From contig NC_092565.1 of the NCBI RefSeq assembly GCF_037975245.1, forward strand, positions 23,210,063 to 23,274,062: a stretch of DNA of 64,000 bases. The letters run 5' to 3'. The DNA comes from Apostichopus japonicus (taxonomy: Eukaryota). The translations under genes and the position numbers were made by a program. A model generated the notes under the pieces. That model made no database searches. It was not told the origin of the DNA and worked only from the letters and a program-made list of their open reading frames with translations. Shown piece by piece: positions 35,540 through 48,768 of this stretch (its first letter is position 1; the number at the start of each line of letters is the position of its first letter).

Positions 35540-38500
35540 ATGTTAAATTTTGTATTTTTTCTGTTTTTTCTCTCAAAATAACCCCCCTATCACCCTAGGG
35601 GGGATCGCACTCCCAATTATGTTACCATTTTGGACAGCAGACACCCTAGTGGTGGTACCCTGTCAAAATGGGCCCAAAAGGGCCTGGCTCCTGTGCGTGG
35701 TAAGGCCTGCAAGGTCCAAAGCGGGTTCCCTCCGTATACTCTAACGTTAAATTATTGACTTATTTCGTGGGTTTTCACAAAACAACCCCCCTATCACCCT
35801 TGGGAGGAATCGCACCCCCAATTATTGTACCATTTTGGACAGCAGACACCCTAGTGGGGGTACCCTGTCAAAATGGGCCCAAAAGGGCCTGGCTCCTGTG
35901 CGTGGTAAGGCCTGCAAGGTCCAAAAGCGGGTTTCCTCCACTCTAACGTTAAATTATTGACTTATTTCGGGGGTTTTCACAAAATAGCCCCCCTATCACC
36001 CTTGGGAGGAATCGCACCCCCAATAATTGTACCATTTTGGACAGCAGACACCCCAGTGGGGGTACCCTGTCAAAATGGGCCAAAAAGGGTCAAGACCCTG
36101 TGCGTGGTAAGGCCTGCAAGGTCCAAAAGCGGGTTTCATCCGTATACTCTAACGTTAAATTATTGTCTAATTTCGGTGTTTTTCACAAAATAACCCCCCT
36201 ATCACCCTAGGGGGATCGCACTCCAAATTATGTTACCATTTTGGACAGCAGACACCCTAGTGGTGGTACCCTGTCAAAATGGGCCCAAAAAGACCAGGCT
36301 CATGTGCGTGGTAAGGCCTGCAAAGTCCAAAAGCGGGTTTCCTCCGTATACTCTTATGTTAAATTATTGACTACTTTCGGTGTTTTTCACAAAATAACCC
36401 CCCTATCACCCTAGGGGGGATCGCACTCCAAATTATGTTACCATTTTGGACAGCAGACACCCTAGTGGTGGTATCCTGTAAAATTGGGCCAAAAATGGTC
36501 AGGCCCTGTGCGTGGTAAGGCCTGTAAGGTCCATAAGTGGGTTTCCTCCCAATACTCTAATGTTAAATTTTGTATTTTTTCGTTTTTTTTTCTCAAAATA
36601 ACCCCCCTATCACCCTAGGGGGGATCGCACTCCCAATTATGTTACCATTTTGGACAGCAGACACCCTAGTGGTGGTACCCTGTCAAAATGGGCCCAAAAG
36701 GGCCTGGCTCCTGTGCGTGGTAAGGCCTGCAAGGTCCAAAGCGGGTTCCCTCCGTATACTCTAACGTTAAATTATTGACTTATTTCGTGGGTTTTCACAA
36801 AACAACCCCCCTATCACCCTTGGGAGGAATCGCACCCCCAATTATTGTACCATTTTGGACAGCAGACACCCTAGTGGGGGTACCCTGTCAAAATGGGCCC
36901 AAAAGGGCCTGGCTCCTGTGCGTGGTAAGGCCTGCAAGATCCAAAGCGGGTTTCCTCCACTCTAACGTTAAATTATTGACTTATTTCGGGGGTTTTCACA
37001 AAATAGCCCCCCTATCACCCTTGGGAGGAATCGCACCCCCAATAATTGTACCATTTTGGACAGCAGACACCCCAGTGGGGGTACCCTGTCAAAATGGGCC
37101 CAAAAGGGTCAAGACCCTGTGCGTGGTAAGGCCTGCAAGGTCCAAAAGCGGGTTTCATCCGTATACTCTAACGTTAAATTATTGTCTAATTTCGGTGTTT
37201 TTCACAAAATAACCCCCCTATCACCCTAGGGGGATCGCACTCCAAATTATGTTACCATTTTGGACAGCAGACACCCTAGTGGTGGTACCCTGTCAAAATG
37301 GGCCCAAAAAGACCAGGCTCATGTGCGTGGTAAGGCCTGCAAAGTCCAAAAGCGGGTTTCCTCCGTATACTCTTATGTTAAATTATTGACTACTTTCGGT
37401 GTTTTTCACAAAATAACCCCCCTATCACCCTAGGGGGGATCGCACTCCAAATTATGTTACCATTTTGGACAGCAGACACCCTAGTGGTGGTATCCTGTAA
37501 AATTGGGCCAAAAATGGTCAGGCCCTGTGCGTGGTAAGGCCTGTAAGGTCCATAAGTGGGTTTCCTCCCAATACTCTAATGTTAAATTTTGTATTTTTTC
37601 GTTTTTTTTTCTCAAAATAACCCCCCTATCACCCTAGGGGGGATCGCACTCCCAATTATGTTACCATTTTGGACAGCAGACACCCTAGTGGGGGTACCCT
37701 GTCAAAATGGGCCCAAAAAGACCAGGCTCATGTGCGTGGTAAGGCCTGCAAGGTCCAAAAGCGGGTTTCCTCCGTATACTCTAATGTTAAATTATTGACT
37801 AATTTCGGTGTTTTTCACAAAATAACCCCCCTATCACCCTAGGGGGGATCGCACTCCCAATAATGTTACCATTTTGGACAGCAGACACCCTAGTGGTGGT
37901 ACCCTGTCAAAATGGGCCCAAAAGGGCCTGGCTCCTGTGCGTGGTAAGGCCTGCAAGGTCCAAAGCGGGTTCCCTCCGTATACTCTAACGTTAAATTATT
38001 GACTTATTTCGGGGGTTTTCACAAAACAACCCCCCTATCACCCTTGGGAGGAATCGCACCCCCAATTATTGTACCATTTTGGACAGCAGACACCCTAGTG
38101 GGGGTACCCTGTCAAAATGGGCCCAAAAGGGCCTGGCTCCTGTGCGTGGTAAGGCCTGCAAGGTCCAAAAGCGGGTTTCCTCCACTCATAACGTTAAATT
38201 ATTGACTTATTTCGGGGGTTTTCACAAAATAGCCCCCCTATCACCCTTGGGAGGAATCGCACCCCCAATAATTGTACCATTTTGGACAGCAGACACCCCA
38301 GTGGGGGTACCCTGTCAAAATGGGCCAAAAAGGGTCAAGACCCTGTGCGTGGTAAGGCCTGCAAGGTCCAAAAGCGGGTTTCATCCGTATACTATAACGT
38401 TAAATTATTGTCTAATTTCGGTGTTTTTCACAAAATAACCCCCCTATCACCCTAGGGGGATCGCACTCCAAATTATGTTACCATTTTGGACAGCAGACAC

Positions 38501-41500
38501 CCTAGTGGTGGTACCCTGTCAAAATGGGCCCAAAAAGACCAGGCCCATGTGCGTGGTAAGGCCTGCAAGGTCCAAAAGCGGGTTTCCTCCGTATACTCTA
38601 ATGTTAAATTATTGACTAATTTCGGTGTTTTTCACAAAATAACCCCCCTATCACCCTAGGGGGGATCGCACTCCAAATTATGTTACCATTTTGGACAGCA
38701 GACACCCTAGTGATGGTATCCTGTAAAATTGGGCCAAAAATGGTCAGGCCCTGTGCGTGGTAAGGCCTGTAAGGTCCATAAGTGGGTTTCCTCCCAATAC
38801 TCTAATGTTAAATTTTGTATTTTTTCGTTTTTTTTTCTCAAAATAACCCCCCTATCACCCTAGGGGGGATCGCACTCCCAATAATGTTACCATTTTGGAC
38901 AGCAGACACCCTAGTGGTGGTACCCTGTCAAAATGGGCCCAAAAGGGCCTGGCTCCTGTGCGTGGTAAGGCCTGCAAGGTCCAAAGCGGGTTCCCTCCGT
39001 ATACTCTAACGTTAAATTATTGACTTATTTCGGGGGTTTTCACAAAACAACCCCCCTATCACCCTTGGGAGGAATCGCACCCCCAATTATTGTACCATTT
39101 TGGACAGCAGACACCCTAGTGGGGGTACCCTGTCAAAATGGGCCCAAAAGGGCCTGGCTCCTGTGCGTGGTAAGGCCTGCAAGGTCCAAAAGCGGGTTTC
39201 CTCCACTCATAACGTTAAATTATTGACTTATTTCGGGGGTTTTCACAAAATAACCCCCCTATCACCCTAGGGGGGATCGCACTCCAAATTATGTGACCAT
39301 TTTGGACAGCAGACACCCTAGTGATGGTATCCTGTAAAATTGGGCCAAAAATGGTCAGGCCCTAAGCGTGGTAAGGCCTGTAAGGTCCATAAGTGGGTTT
39401 CCTCCCAATACTCTAATGTTAAATTTTGTATTTTTTCGTTTTTTTTTCTCAAAATAACCCCCCTATCACCCTAGGGGGGATCGCACTCCCAATAATGTTA
39501 CCATTTTGGACAGCAGACACCCTAGTGGTGGTACCCTGTCAAAATGGGCCCAAAAGGGCCTGGCTCCTGTGCGTGGTAAGGCCTGCAAGGTCCAAAGCGG
39601 GTTCCCTCCGTATACTCTAACGTTAAATTATTGACTTATTTCGGGGGTTTTCACAAAACAACCCCCCTATCACCCTTGGGAGGAATCGCACCCCCAATTA
39701 TTGTACCATTTTGGACAGCAGACACCCTAGTGGGGGTACCCTGTCAAAATGGGCCCAAAAGGGCCTGGCTCCTGTGCGTGGTAAGGCCTGCAAGGTCCAA
39801 AAGCGGGTTTCCTCCACTCATAACGTTAAATTATTGACTTATTTCGGGGGTTTTCACAAAATAGCCCCCCTATCACCCTTGGGAGGAATCGCACCCCCAA
39901 TAATTGTACCATTTTGGACAGCAGACACCCCAGTGGGGGTACCCTGTCAAAATGGGCCAAAAAGGGTCAAGACCCTGTGCGTGGTAAGGCCTGCAAGGTC
40001 CAAAAGCGGGTTTCATCCGTATACTATAACGTTAAATTATTGTCTAATTTCGGTGTTTTTCACAAAATAACCCCCCTATCACCCTAGGGGGATCGCACTC
40101 CAAATTATGTTACCATTTTGGACAGCAGACACCCTAGTGGTGGTACCCTGTCAAAATGGGCCCAAAAAGACCAGGCCCATGTGCGTGGTAAGGCCTGCAA
40201 GGTCCAAAAGCGGGTTTCCTCCGTATACTCTAATGTTAAATTATTGACTAATTTCGGTGTTTTTCACAAAATAACCCCCCTATCACCCTAGGGGGGATCG
40301 CACTCCAAATTATGTTACCATTTTGGACAGCAGACACCCTAGTGATGGTATCCTGTAAAATTGGGCCAAAAATGGTCAGGCCCTGTGCGTGGTAAGGCCT
40401 GTAAGGTCCATAAGTGGGTTTCCTCCCAATACTCTAATGTTAAATTTTGTATTTTTTCGTTTTTTTTTCTCAAAATAACCCCCCTATCACCCTAGGGGGG
40501 ATCGCACTCCCAATAATGTTACCATTTTGGACAGCAGACACCCTAGTGGTGGTACCCTGTCAAAATGGGCCCAAAAGGGCCTGGCTCCTGTGCGTGGTAA
40601 GGCCTGCAAGGTCCAAAGCGGGTTCCCTCCGTATACTCTAACGTTAAATTATTGACTTATTTCGGGGGTTTTCACAAAACAACCCCCCTATCACCCTTGG
40701 GAGGAATCGCACCCCCAATTATTGTACCATTTTGGACAGCAGACACCCTAGTGGGGGTACCCTGTCAAAATGGGCCCAAAAGGGCCTGGCTCCTGTGCGT
40801 GGTAAGGCCTGCAAGGTCCAAAAGCGGGTTTCCTCCACTCATAACGTTAAATTATTGACTTATTTCGGGGGTTTTCACAAAATAGCCCCCCTATCACCCT
40901 TGGGAGGAATCGCACCCCCAATAATTGTACCATTTTGGACAGCAGACACCCCAGTGGGGGTACCCTGTCAAAATGGGCCAAAAAGGGTCAAGACCCTGTG
41001 CGTGGTAAGGCCTGCAAGGTCCAAAAGCGGGTTTCATCCGTATACTATAACGTTAAATTATTGTCTAATTTCGGTGTTTTTCACAAAATAACCCCCCTAT
41101 CACCCTAGGGGGATCGCACTCCAAATTATGTTACCATTTTGGACAGCAGACACCCTAGTGGTGGTACCCTGTCAAAATGGGCCCAAAAAGACCAGGCCCA
41201 TGTGCGTGGTAAGGCCTGCAAGGTCCAAAAGCGGGTTTCCTCCGTATACTCTTATGTTAAATTATTGACTAATTTCTGTGTTTTTCACAAAATAACCCCC
41301 CTATCACCCTAGGGGGGATCGCACTCCAAATTATGTTACCATTTTGGACAGCAGACACCCTAGTGGTGGTATCCTGTAAAATTGGGCCAAAAATGGTCAG
41401 GCCCTGTGCGTGGTAAGGCCTGTAAGGTCCATAAGTGGGTTTCCTCCCAATACTCTAATGTTAAATTTTGTATTTTTTCGTTTTTTTTTCTCAAAATAAC

Positions 41501-43215
41501 CCCCCTATCACCCTAGGGGGGATCGCACTCCCAATTATGTTACCATTTTGGACAGCAGACACCCTAGTGGTGGTACCCTGTCAAAATGGGCCCAAAAGGG
41601 CCTGGCTCCTGTGCGTGGTAAGGCCTGCAAGGTCCAAAGCGGGTTCCCTCCGTATACTCTAACGTTAAATTATTGACTTATTTCGGGGGTTTTCACAAAA
41701 CAACCGCCCTATCACCCTTGGGAGGAATCGCATCCCCAATTATTGTACCATTTTGGACAGCAGACACCCTAGTGGGGGTACCCTGTCAAAATGGGCCCAA
41801 AAGGGCCTGGCTCCTGTGCGTGGTAAGGCCTGCAAGGTCCAAAAGCGGGTTTCCTCCACTCTACGTTAAATTATTGACTTATTTCGGGGGATTTCACAAA
41901 ATAGCCCCCCCCTATCACCCTTGGGAGGAATCGCACCCCCAATAATTGTACCATTTTGGACAGCAGACACCCTAGTGGGGGTACCTTGTCAAAATGGGCC
42001 AAAAAGGGTCAAGACCCTGTGCGTGGTAAGGCCTGCAAGGTCCAAAAGCGGGTTTCCTCCGTATACTCTAACGTTAAATTATTGTCTAATTTCGGTGTTT
42101 TTCACAAAATAACCCCCCTAACACCCTAGGGGGATCGCACTCCAAATTATGTTACCATTTTGGACAGCAGACACCCTAGTGGTGGTATCCTGTAAAATTG
42201 GGCCAAAAAGGGCCTGGCCCCTGTGCGTGGTAAGGCCTGTAAGGTCCATAAGTGGGTTTGCTCCCGATACTCTAATTAATGTTAAATTTTGTATTTTTTC
42301 GTTTTTTTCTCAAAATAACCGCCCTATCACCCTTGGGAGGAATCGCACCCCCAATTATTGTACCATTTTGGACAGCAGACACCCTAGTGGGGGTACCCTG
42401 TCAAAATGGGCCCAAAAGGGCCTGGCTCCTGTGCGTGGTAAGGCCTGCAAGGTCCAAAAGCGGGTTTCCTCCGTATACTCTTATGTTAAATTATTGTCTA
42501 ATTTCGGTGTTTTCACAAAATAACCGCCCTATCACCCTAGGGGGATCGCACTCCAAATTATGTTACCATTTTGGACAGCAGACACCCTAGTGGTGGTATC
42601 CTGTAAAATTGGGCCAAAAAGGGTCACGCCCCTGTGCGTGGTAAGGCCTGCAAGGTCCAAAAGCGGGTTTCCTCCGTATACTCTAACGTTAAATTATTGT
42701 CTAATTTCGGTGTTTTTCACAAAATAACCCCCCTATCACCCTAAGGGGATCGCACTCCCAATTATGTTACCATTTTGGACAGCAGACACCCTAGTGATGG
42801 TATCCTGTAAAATTGGGCCAAAAAGGGTCACGCCCCTGTGCGTGGTAAGGCCTGCAAGGTCCATAAGTGGGTGTCCTCCCTATACTCTAATGTTAAAAAT
42901 ATTGTATTTTTTCAATTGTTTCTCAAAATAACCCCCCTATCACCCTTGGGAGGGATTGCATCCCCAATTATGTTACCATTTTGGACAGCAGACACCCTAG
43001 TGGTGGTACCCTGTCAAAATGGGCCTAAAAGGGCCTGGCCCCTTGTGCGTGGTAAGGCCTGCAAGGTCCAAAAGCGGGTTTCCTCCCTAGCCTTTTATGT
43101 AAAATTTTGTATTTTTTTCGGTTTTTTCTCGAATTAACCCCCCCTTTCACCCAGGGAGGGATCGCACCCCCTATTATTGTACCATGTTGGTCAGCAGACA
43201 CCCTGGTTTTGGTAC
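35540..43215. repeat. Satellite DNA. The monomer is ~205 bp, organised as a ~1.02-kb five-monomer higher-order repeat, with ~38 monomers in all.
   Basis: The monomer ...ctcaaaataacccccctatcaccctaggggggatcgcactcccaattatgttaccattttggacagcagacaccctagtggtggtaccctgtcaaaatgggcccaaaagggcctggctcctgtgcgtggtaaggcctgcaaggtccaaagcgggttccctccgtatactctaacgttaaattattgac... The HOR period shows in the identical ORF starts at 35550, 36570, 37589, 39426, 40447 and 41468 (spacing 1019-1021), with 3- and 6-monomer variants at 38815 and 39426. Edge monomers (35196, 42900-43200) are diverged. Confidence 0.9.
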
Positions 43216-43225
43216 CACAATGAAA

Positions 43226-43275
43226 ATATTACAATAATCACAATAATAATGATAATAATGATAATAATAATGAAT
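43226..43275. repeat. Microsatellite (ATAATAATG / AAT-rich) capping the satellite
   Basis: caataatcacaataataatgataataatgataataataatg. Confidence 0.8.
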
Positions 43276-44716
43276 ATGCCAAATTGACCAAAGAAGGTTT
43301 TGAGCAAACTACTCTCTTCCACTTGAAAATGCCACATTAACCAATGCACTAATATAAGAGAGGGAACACGGGAAAAGTTTCGCGCGCTCCGCGCACGTAT
43401 AGCACAGTATTTAGAGTACGATGGAAATGAACTTGACAAATGTGATACGGGGAGTCAGCCTAGTCAGGTATGTTTTAATTCCTCGCTTGCCCGATGGTAA
43501 TACTCCAGATTCTTTGCACCAAGGTGTGTCATACAGCTCCCCACCCACCAAGACTGACACGCCCTCCCAAATTGGTCAAATGGTAGGCAGTATCCACTCT
43601 CTCTGGCTGATCATTTGGGAAATATCGCGCAATTCAGTCCAATATAACGTATGCGTTCCCGCGGGCAAATATGGTATATCCCAAAAAATTCTGTACGCAT
43701 AGGTACACCATGGGTATGTATACCCACCTCATGACCCAAAGATGAAAAACTGAATAAATATATAAATGACATGAGCCGTCAGGGAAGTTTGTTGTTATTT
43801 TGGGCTCAGACGTGCATTCAGAATCCCCTCAATTTTTGTTTTCAGCTCAACTCAACATATATCACTTCCGCCATATGCACAACGTGCATGAAAATTCTCT
43901 GGCTATGCGCCCCATGTGTCAATAGTGTCTATTAGAAACTATTCCCAATAAGTTATTAGAAGGGGGGGGGGGGGGGAACGATGGTTGAGTTGCGGTGATA
44001 AATAGGTCGAGGTTACGGGCTTGGACGTGAAATGCATCTCAAGGGGATAGGATGCCGATTGCCGTAACTAATATGGTAAAATATATATAAAATTTAATAA
44101 TGTTAACCCACAAAGACTGCATATTTCAGGGAAAATTAAGAGTGGCAAAAGTTTATCTAAATGCCACCATTTTACATGTAGGCACTACTGGGATTCAAAA
44201 AAAATTCAAAAGGGGAGGGTGTCACACCATCCCCTTATACTCCTCCCTCAGGCCACAATTCAGTGGCGCCCACCTGGTCGACTGCCCCCTAGATCCGCCC
44301 TTGGAGTTAGGGGTTTGGAATTGTAATTTTTTACCCTGTTTTAGCAGCCTCTATGATATGGAAATATAATATAAGGTTAGGGTATAAATTATGGTTAGGA
44401 TTGATATGCAAGAACAAATTAAAATAACTTCTGGGTACAGAATCTAGTACCAAAAACAGTTCAGAGTACTGAAAGTCCTACATACACGGGGAATCACACA
44501 CACTGACAATTGTGGAGCATCCAAATTGAGCTCAGGTATTTGACAAAAACACAGTTGTGGGGCATGGTAAAATTAGAGGGCGTTTTGAAAAAGTTTGGTT
44601 ATTCCATAACTCACACTAAAAAACATTATGTAAATTCACTTCTAGGTCAAACTATCAATTGCTTTAAATTAACTCCTTAATGATATTTGATAATTTTAAT
44701 GTGGAATAGGCAAAAA

Positions 44717-44740
44717 CAGTTGTGGGGCGCCCCACAACTG
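44717..44740. repeat. Perfect 24-bp palindrome CAGTTGTGGGGCGCCCCACAACTG. Related half-sites lie at 44497, 44551 and 44795.
   Basis: Direct reading. The half-site motif acagttgtgggg / ccccacaa recurs four times within 320 bp. Confidence 0.7.
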
Positions 44741-44816
44741 CAGGTTACACAAAAATCGGATCAACAATTGAATGTGTGTGTCAGTTCTGCTGCCCCACAA
44801 TGGTGTGGCATGTAAG

Positions 44817-44862
44817 AACACACATACATACATACATACATACATACACACACACACACGCC
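44817..44862. repeat. Microsatellite (CATA)n(CA)n
   Basis: acacacatacatacatacatacatacatacacacacacacacg. Confidence 0.85.
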
Positions 44863-45614
44863 AACCTGACTGCATAGGTTCCTTTTGCTAAAGCAAGGAA
44901 CCAAAAAGTGATTGTAAACAAGGGAAGATTGGAAATTATTTCACGTCTTGACAGCAAGATACCAAACTTTTAAGAGAAAAGCTACTTAAGCTCTTTTGAG
45001 TGGCAGATTGGAGTGATAAGCCCACCCATATTGTATACAGAGGGAGAGAAAGCGTTCCCCTTTTTCTCTTCTTTCACAACACACTAGTAGATCTAGCTTT
45101 GACGAAACACATCCACCCACCCTTCAGACGGCTAGTTCGCGACCGTGGTCAAAAATCTCTTATTACACTCGAAATGTATTGATATAATATTACTTTAACA
45201 TATACACACGCACCTGGAATATATGCTTTTCAGAACAGCTAGGCAATACCATTGACACATTCAAGTAGTAGGCATACTATATCATATACATATCGATAAA
45301 AAGATTTCATTTTCTTTCTCAAAATAGGACCAAAATGTGTTGTCATGGTAACAGGGATTGCTTGCGTGGTCACGTGGTAACGTATGGTGTCACAGCTACG
45401 CTTGTGAGCAGGTGGATTAATCCTCGATGGGGGGAATTTTGTAGTGTTCCCCTGTCCGATCGAAGAGTTCAGAAACGGGGCCACTGACGATTCTTTGTTG
45501 ACTGGAACATCCCGGGTTATATGCATATTCATATCCTCTGATTCTCAATCAATTCCCATCGAAAGATATGGCCATCATACATGAATAATCATCAAGTATA
45601 TCTTGATGAATCCT

Positions 45615-46141
45615 TCAATGGCTAAACAACATTGGATGAAGCGGGTGACTCGCGAGGGGAAAAAATGGCGGATAGAAGTTGATCTGTGGACACATCTGAG
45701 ACTGTGCTAGGAGGGGATCAGGGTAGGCAGCAGGGAGGGGCTGGTAGGGATTATCCCGGAAGAGGACTTTGACGGCAACTTTCTTGGCTGGTGAAGGAGA
45801 CATCATCTCGGCGGCCATTTGCTTCCTTTTCGTCTTGTATCTCCGATTCTGGAACCATATTTTGATTTGTTGTTCAGTGAGTTTGAGAGCAGCGGCGAGA
45901 TCTCCCCTCTCTGGACCAGAGAGATACCGCTGATGCCTAAACCGCCTCTCCAGTTCGTAAACTTGTGCGTGGGAGAAAGCTGCCCGTGAGCGCTTTTTTC
46001 GCGGCGCGTTCGAACCGCTCGTGGATGAGGAAGAGGAGGAGAGTGACTCCGTTTTTGAGAGCGAGTCACTGTTTTGGTCAGAAGTACTCTGTACGCTGTG
46101 TGGTCGCGAGGGTGGTTTGGAATCAGTTGAGTCACACTGTC
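45615..46141 (-). CDS. nkx3: NK3-class (bagpipe/Nkx3) homeobox gene, exon 2 (homeodomain plus C-terminus, stop TGA)
   Basis: Minus-strand acceptor tttctttctgttcacag|GACAGTGTGAC. The encoded homeodomain [62 protein letters not shown] matches the NK3/Bapx signature ([60 protein letters not shown]). [12 protein letters not shown]2-SD-like motif lies downstream. The phase-1 acceptor (x+GA) matches the exon 1 donor. Confidence 0.85.
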
Positions 46142-48680
46142 CTGTGAACAGAAAGAAATATAAGAGCAATAAGTCAACGTTTTTACTCATTAAGGAAATT
46201 TGTTTAGACAGGGAAGATAGCAATGCGGTCGGGAGTGGTATTACCAAATGGAGTGGTTCAGAGAAAAGATATTTCAAACTCCGCGGGTGGACAAAAAACC
46301 CACTCAGTTATACGACGGGGTATAGAGCAAAAGAACTAAAACACGAAAGAGTGAATGACCTAATGTTTTCCTGAAGAAGATATGTTTATTATGATCGCCG
46401 TAAAAGTCAGTATCGCGTATTTCGACCTTGCCTTGTTTTCACGGTCGTAAACAATGAGTTTATAGTTTATCTTTATGTGGTTTGTTGTAAAACATAACAT
46501 CCTTAGCGAAACCATATCATGTTGAGTGTAAAAATTGTTTATTTTCACGATTAAAACGTTTCGAAAGATTTTTTTATACTTTAATCGAGGACACTTATAT
46601 ATGCAAAGTATTAGTGTTCAATGTTGTTTCTATTTAAGTTATGACTATACTATAACCTTCGTAAAGAAATACGTGGTGGGTGTCTCCCTTGATTACCAAC
46701 AATGATAAAATTTATATTGATTCTAAGAAGAAGAAAAAAAAGTTTTCCAACTTGTTAATTTTTTTTTATCAACCCAAATGGAAATGAAAGGGGAATATCT
46801 TGGATCTTTATTGTAAAGATACATTAATGTTAATTCTTAAGAAATCAGGTGCATAAATTTCATAACGATAAGTTACGATGTGTTTAACGATGTGTTTTAC
46901 TCAAGTTGGTAAGTTTTAAATGGCCTCGATGGGCAATCAGAAGGCTGCTAATTAATTAACTTAATGACTCAAGTGTGACAGTAACGTATCATGACTTTCT
47001 CCATGAAACCGGCAAAATGGAGTGGAAGGGGTGTAGGGGTGTGTGCTGGTGGAGAGGGAGGGGGGTTGGGGTTGGAGAGAGAGAATGTTATCGAAACTGG
47101 AAAATGACAACAGTGAGTGTTCAACTCCCGCCCCCCCCCCCCATGCGCCCAATCTCTATCTCATGCTCACTTTCCATATAATAAATTAATAATAACATCC
47201 GGTTATGTCATCACTTGTCGGTGAACAACTGCCGGTATGTGTTATCTTACATAGAGAGAAGTCTTTCTACACGCTGAAGGAGCATGAATGCTTGCACTGT
47301 ATAATACTGTAGAGAGGACATGCTTACATCAACATTCAAGAATCACAAACATGCAGCAAGATTTCACATCTCCGGGTTATATATTATGTCCTTCCTCTAA
47401 CCGTCATATATTCTCTCTCTCACTCGAGAAACGCCATGAAAATAACGATTTTAAGAATAACAGATCGCCTAAATATGTTGTACCCTATTCCTTGTGAATC
47501 AAAAGAATGATTTATGAAGACCCTCTCTCTCTGGAAGAGGTTACAGGGGTTTAGTGGCTGCACTTGGCCGTTTCGCTTTTAGCAAAAACACACCAAAGTG
47601 AGGAGGATGACAGTCCGACAACAAACATATTCAATTAAATTTATTTCCTTGTTTGAGCAGAGAAAAAAGTTTATCTACGATTAATTTGAAGCTTGGGTAA
47701 TACTTTCAGCTCTTCTTAAAGAGGATTCTTTTGTTTCCGTTTAAGGTTGGTTGGAAAAGCTTTGTTTAACTAAGACTGTAAAGTGTGATAAATGCAAATG
47801 ATTAATAGACTTGACCCAAGAAGATAATCAAAGAAGATTCATCGTCTTGTTGAGACGGCAAAAATAATAGCCATTTATCCCTGAGAAAACATGAGGAGTA
47901 GAGTTGGGGAGAGGCAGGAGAGATGATGAAAAGAATGGCATGGTGTAATTCCTTTGTCTTATTAGAATAAGAAGACTTCATGCGTACAAAACAAAAGTGA
48001 CAGTTATTGTTCAATTAAAAAAATCTTAAATTAATTACTCAATTAGTTACATATACAAACAATTTAGTACCGAGAACAGCGCAGAGCATGCGCACAATGG
48101 CGCTCTCGATTCTTTGTTTCAGTAATCATCCGTGACAAATTTTAATCCAGTTGAAATATTCGAGTCACAAATTGGCGCAAAATTGATCTCGAAATAAAGT
48201 TTAGGTTTGTTTATAAGTTCTTACTTAATTATATTGCTGACTAAGGTATGCTCAATTCTTTATAATTTTGGAATGTGTAACTATAGAACTAAACTACTAA
48301 ATATAGATTTGAAAAATACATTTCTGACATAACAGAACTATGATTTCATATCCAATTATTTTTCAGTTTTCTCGTGTCTCGTTCCTGCATGTCAAATATC
48401 AAAATAATTACTCACTATTTGAGTGCAACCGCGCGTAAAACGTTAATCTAAGAAATGTCTATACCTTAAATCTCTAGTATTTCGATGTCGGAGTCGCAAA
48501 AACTTTTGAAATTTTACTGTAAGCTTCAAACCCTTTAATTTTACACACTTTTCTTCAAATAAATCAGAATATCCTTAGTTTATTATCTGCATTTAAGAAA
48601 GTCAATAATGACAAGAAATACTTAATCGAGAAGGAGAGATCACTGAATCTTGTCAGCTAAGATAATTTTGTTTATTAAAC

Positions 48681-48768
48681 ATTTCGAAATGAAGGAACTT
48701 TAAGTCAGATTTCGAAATGAAGGAACTTTAAGTCAGATTTCGAAATGAAGGAACTTTAAGTCAGATTT
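48681..48768. repeat. 3 x 28-bp tandem repeat (atttcgaaatgaaggaactttaagtcag)
   Basis: Direct reading. It lies in the nkx3 intron. Confidence 0.85.

Noticed and set aside
35550-43137. Many 63-145-aa ORFs tiling the satellite (MYFFVFFSQNNPPITLGGIALP..., MTYFGGFHKTTPLSPLGG...)
   Set aside because: Stop-poor GC-rich satellite monomers generate periodic ORFs in several frames. The ORF boundaries follow the 205-bp monomer period.
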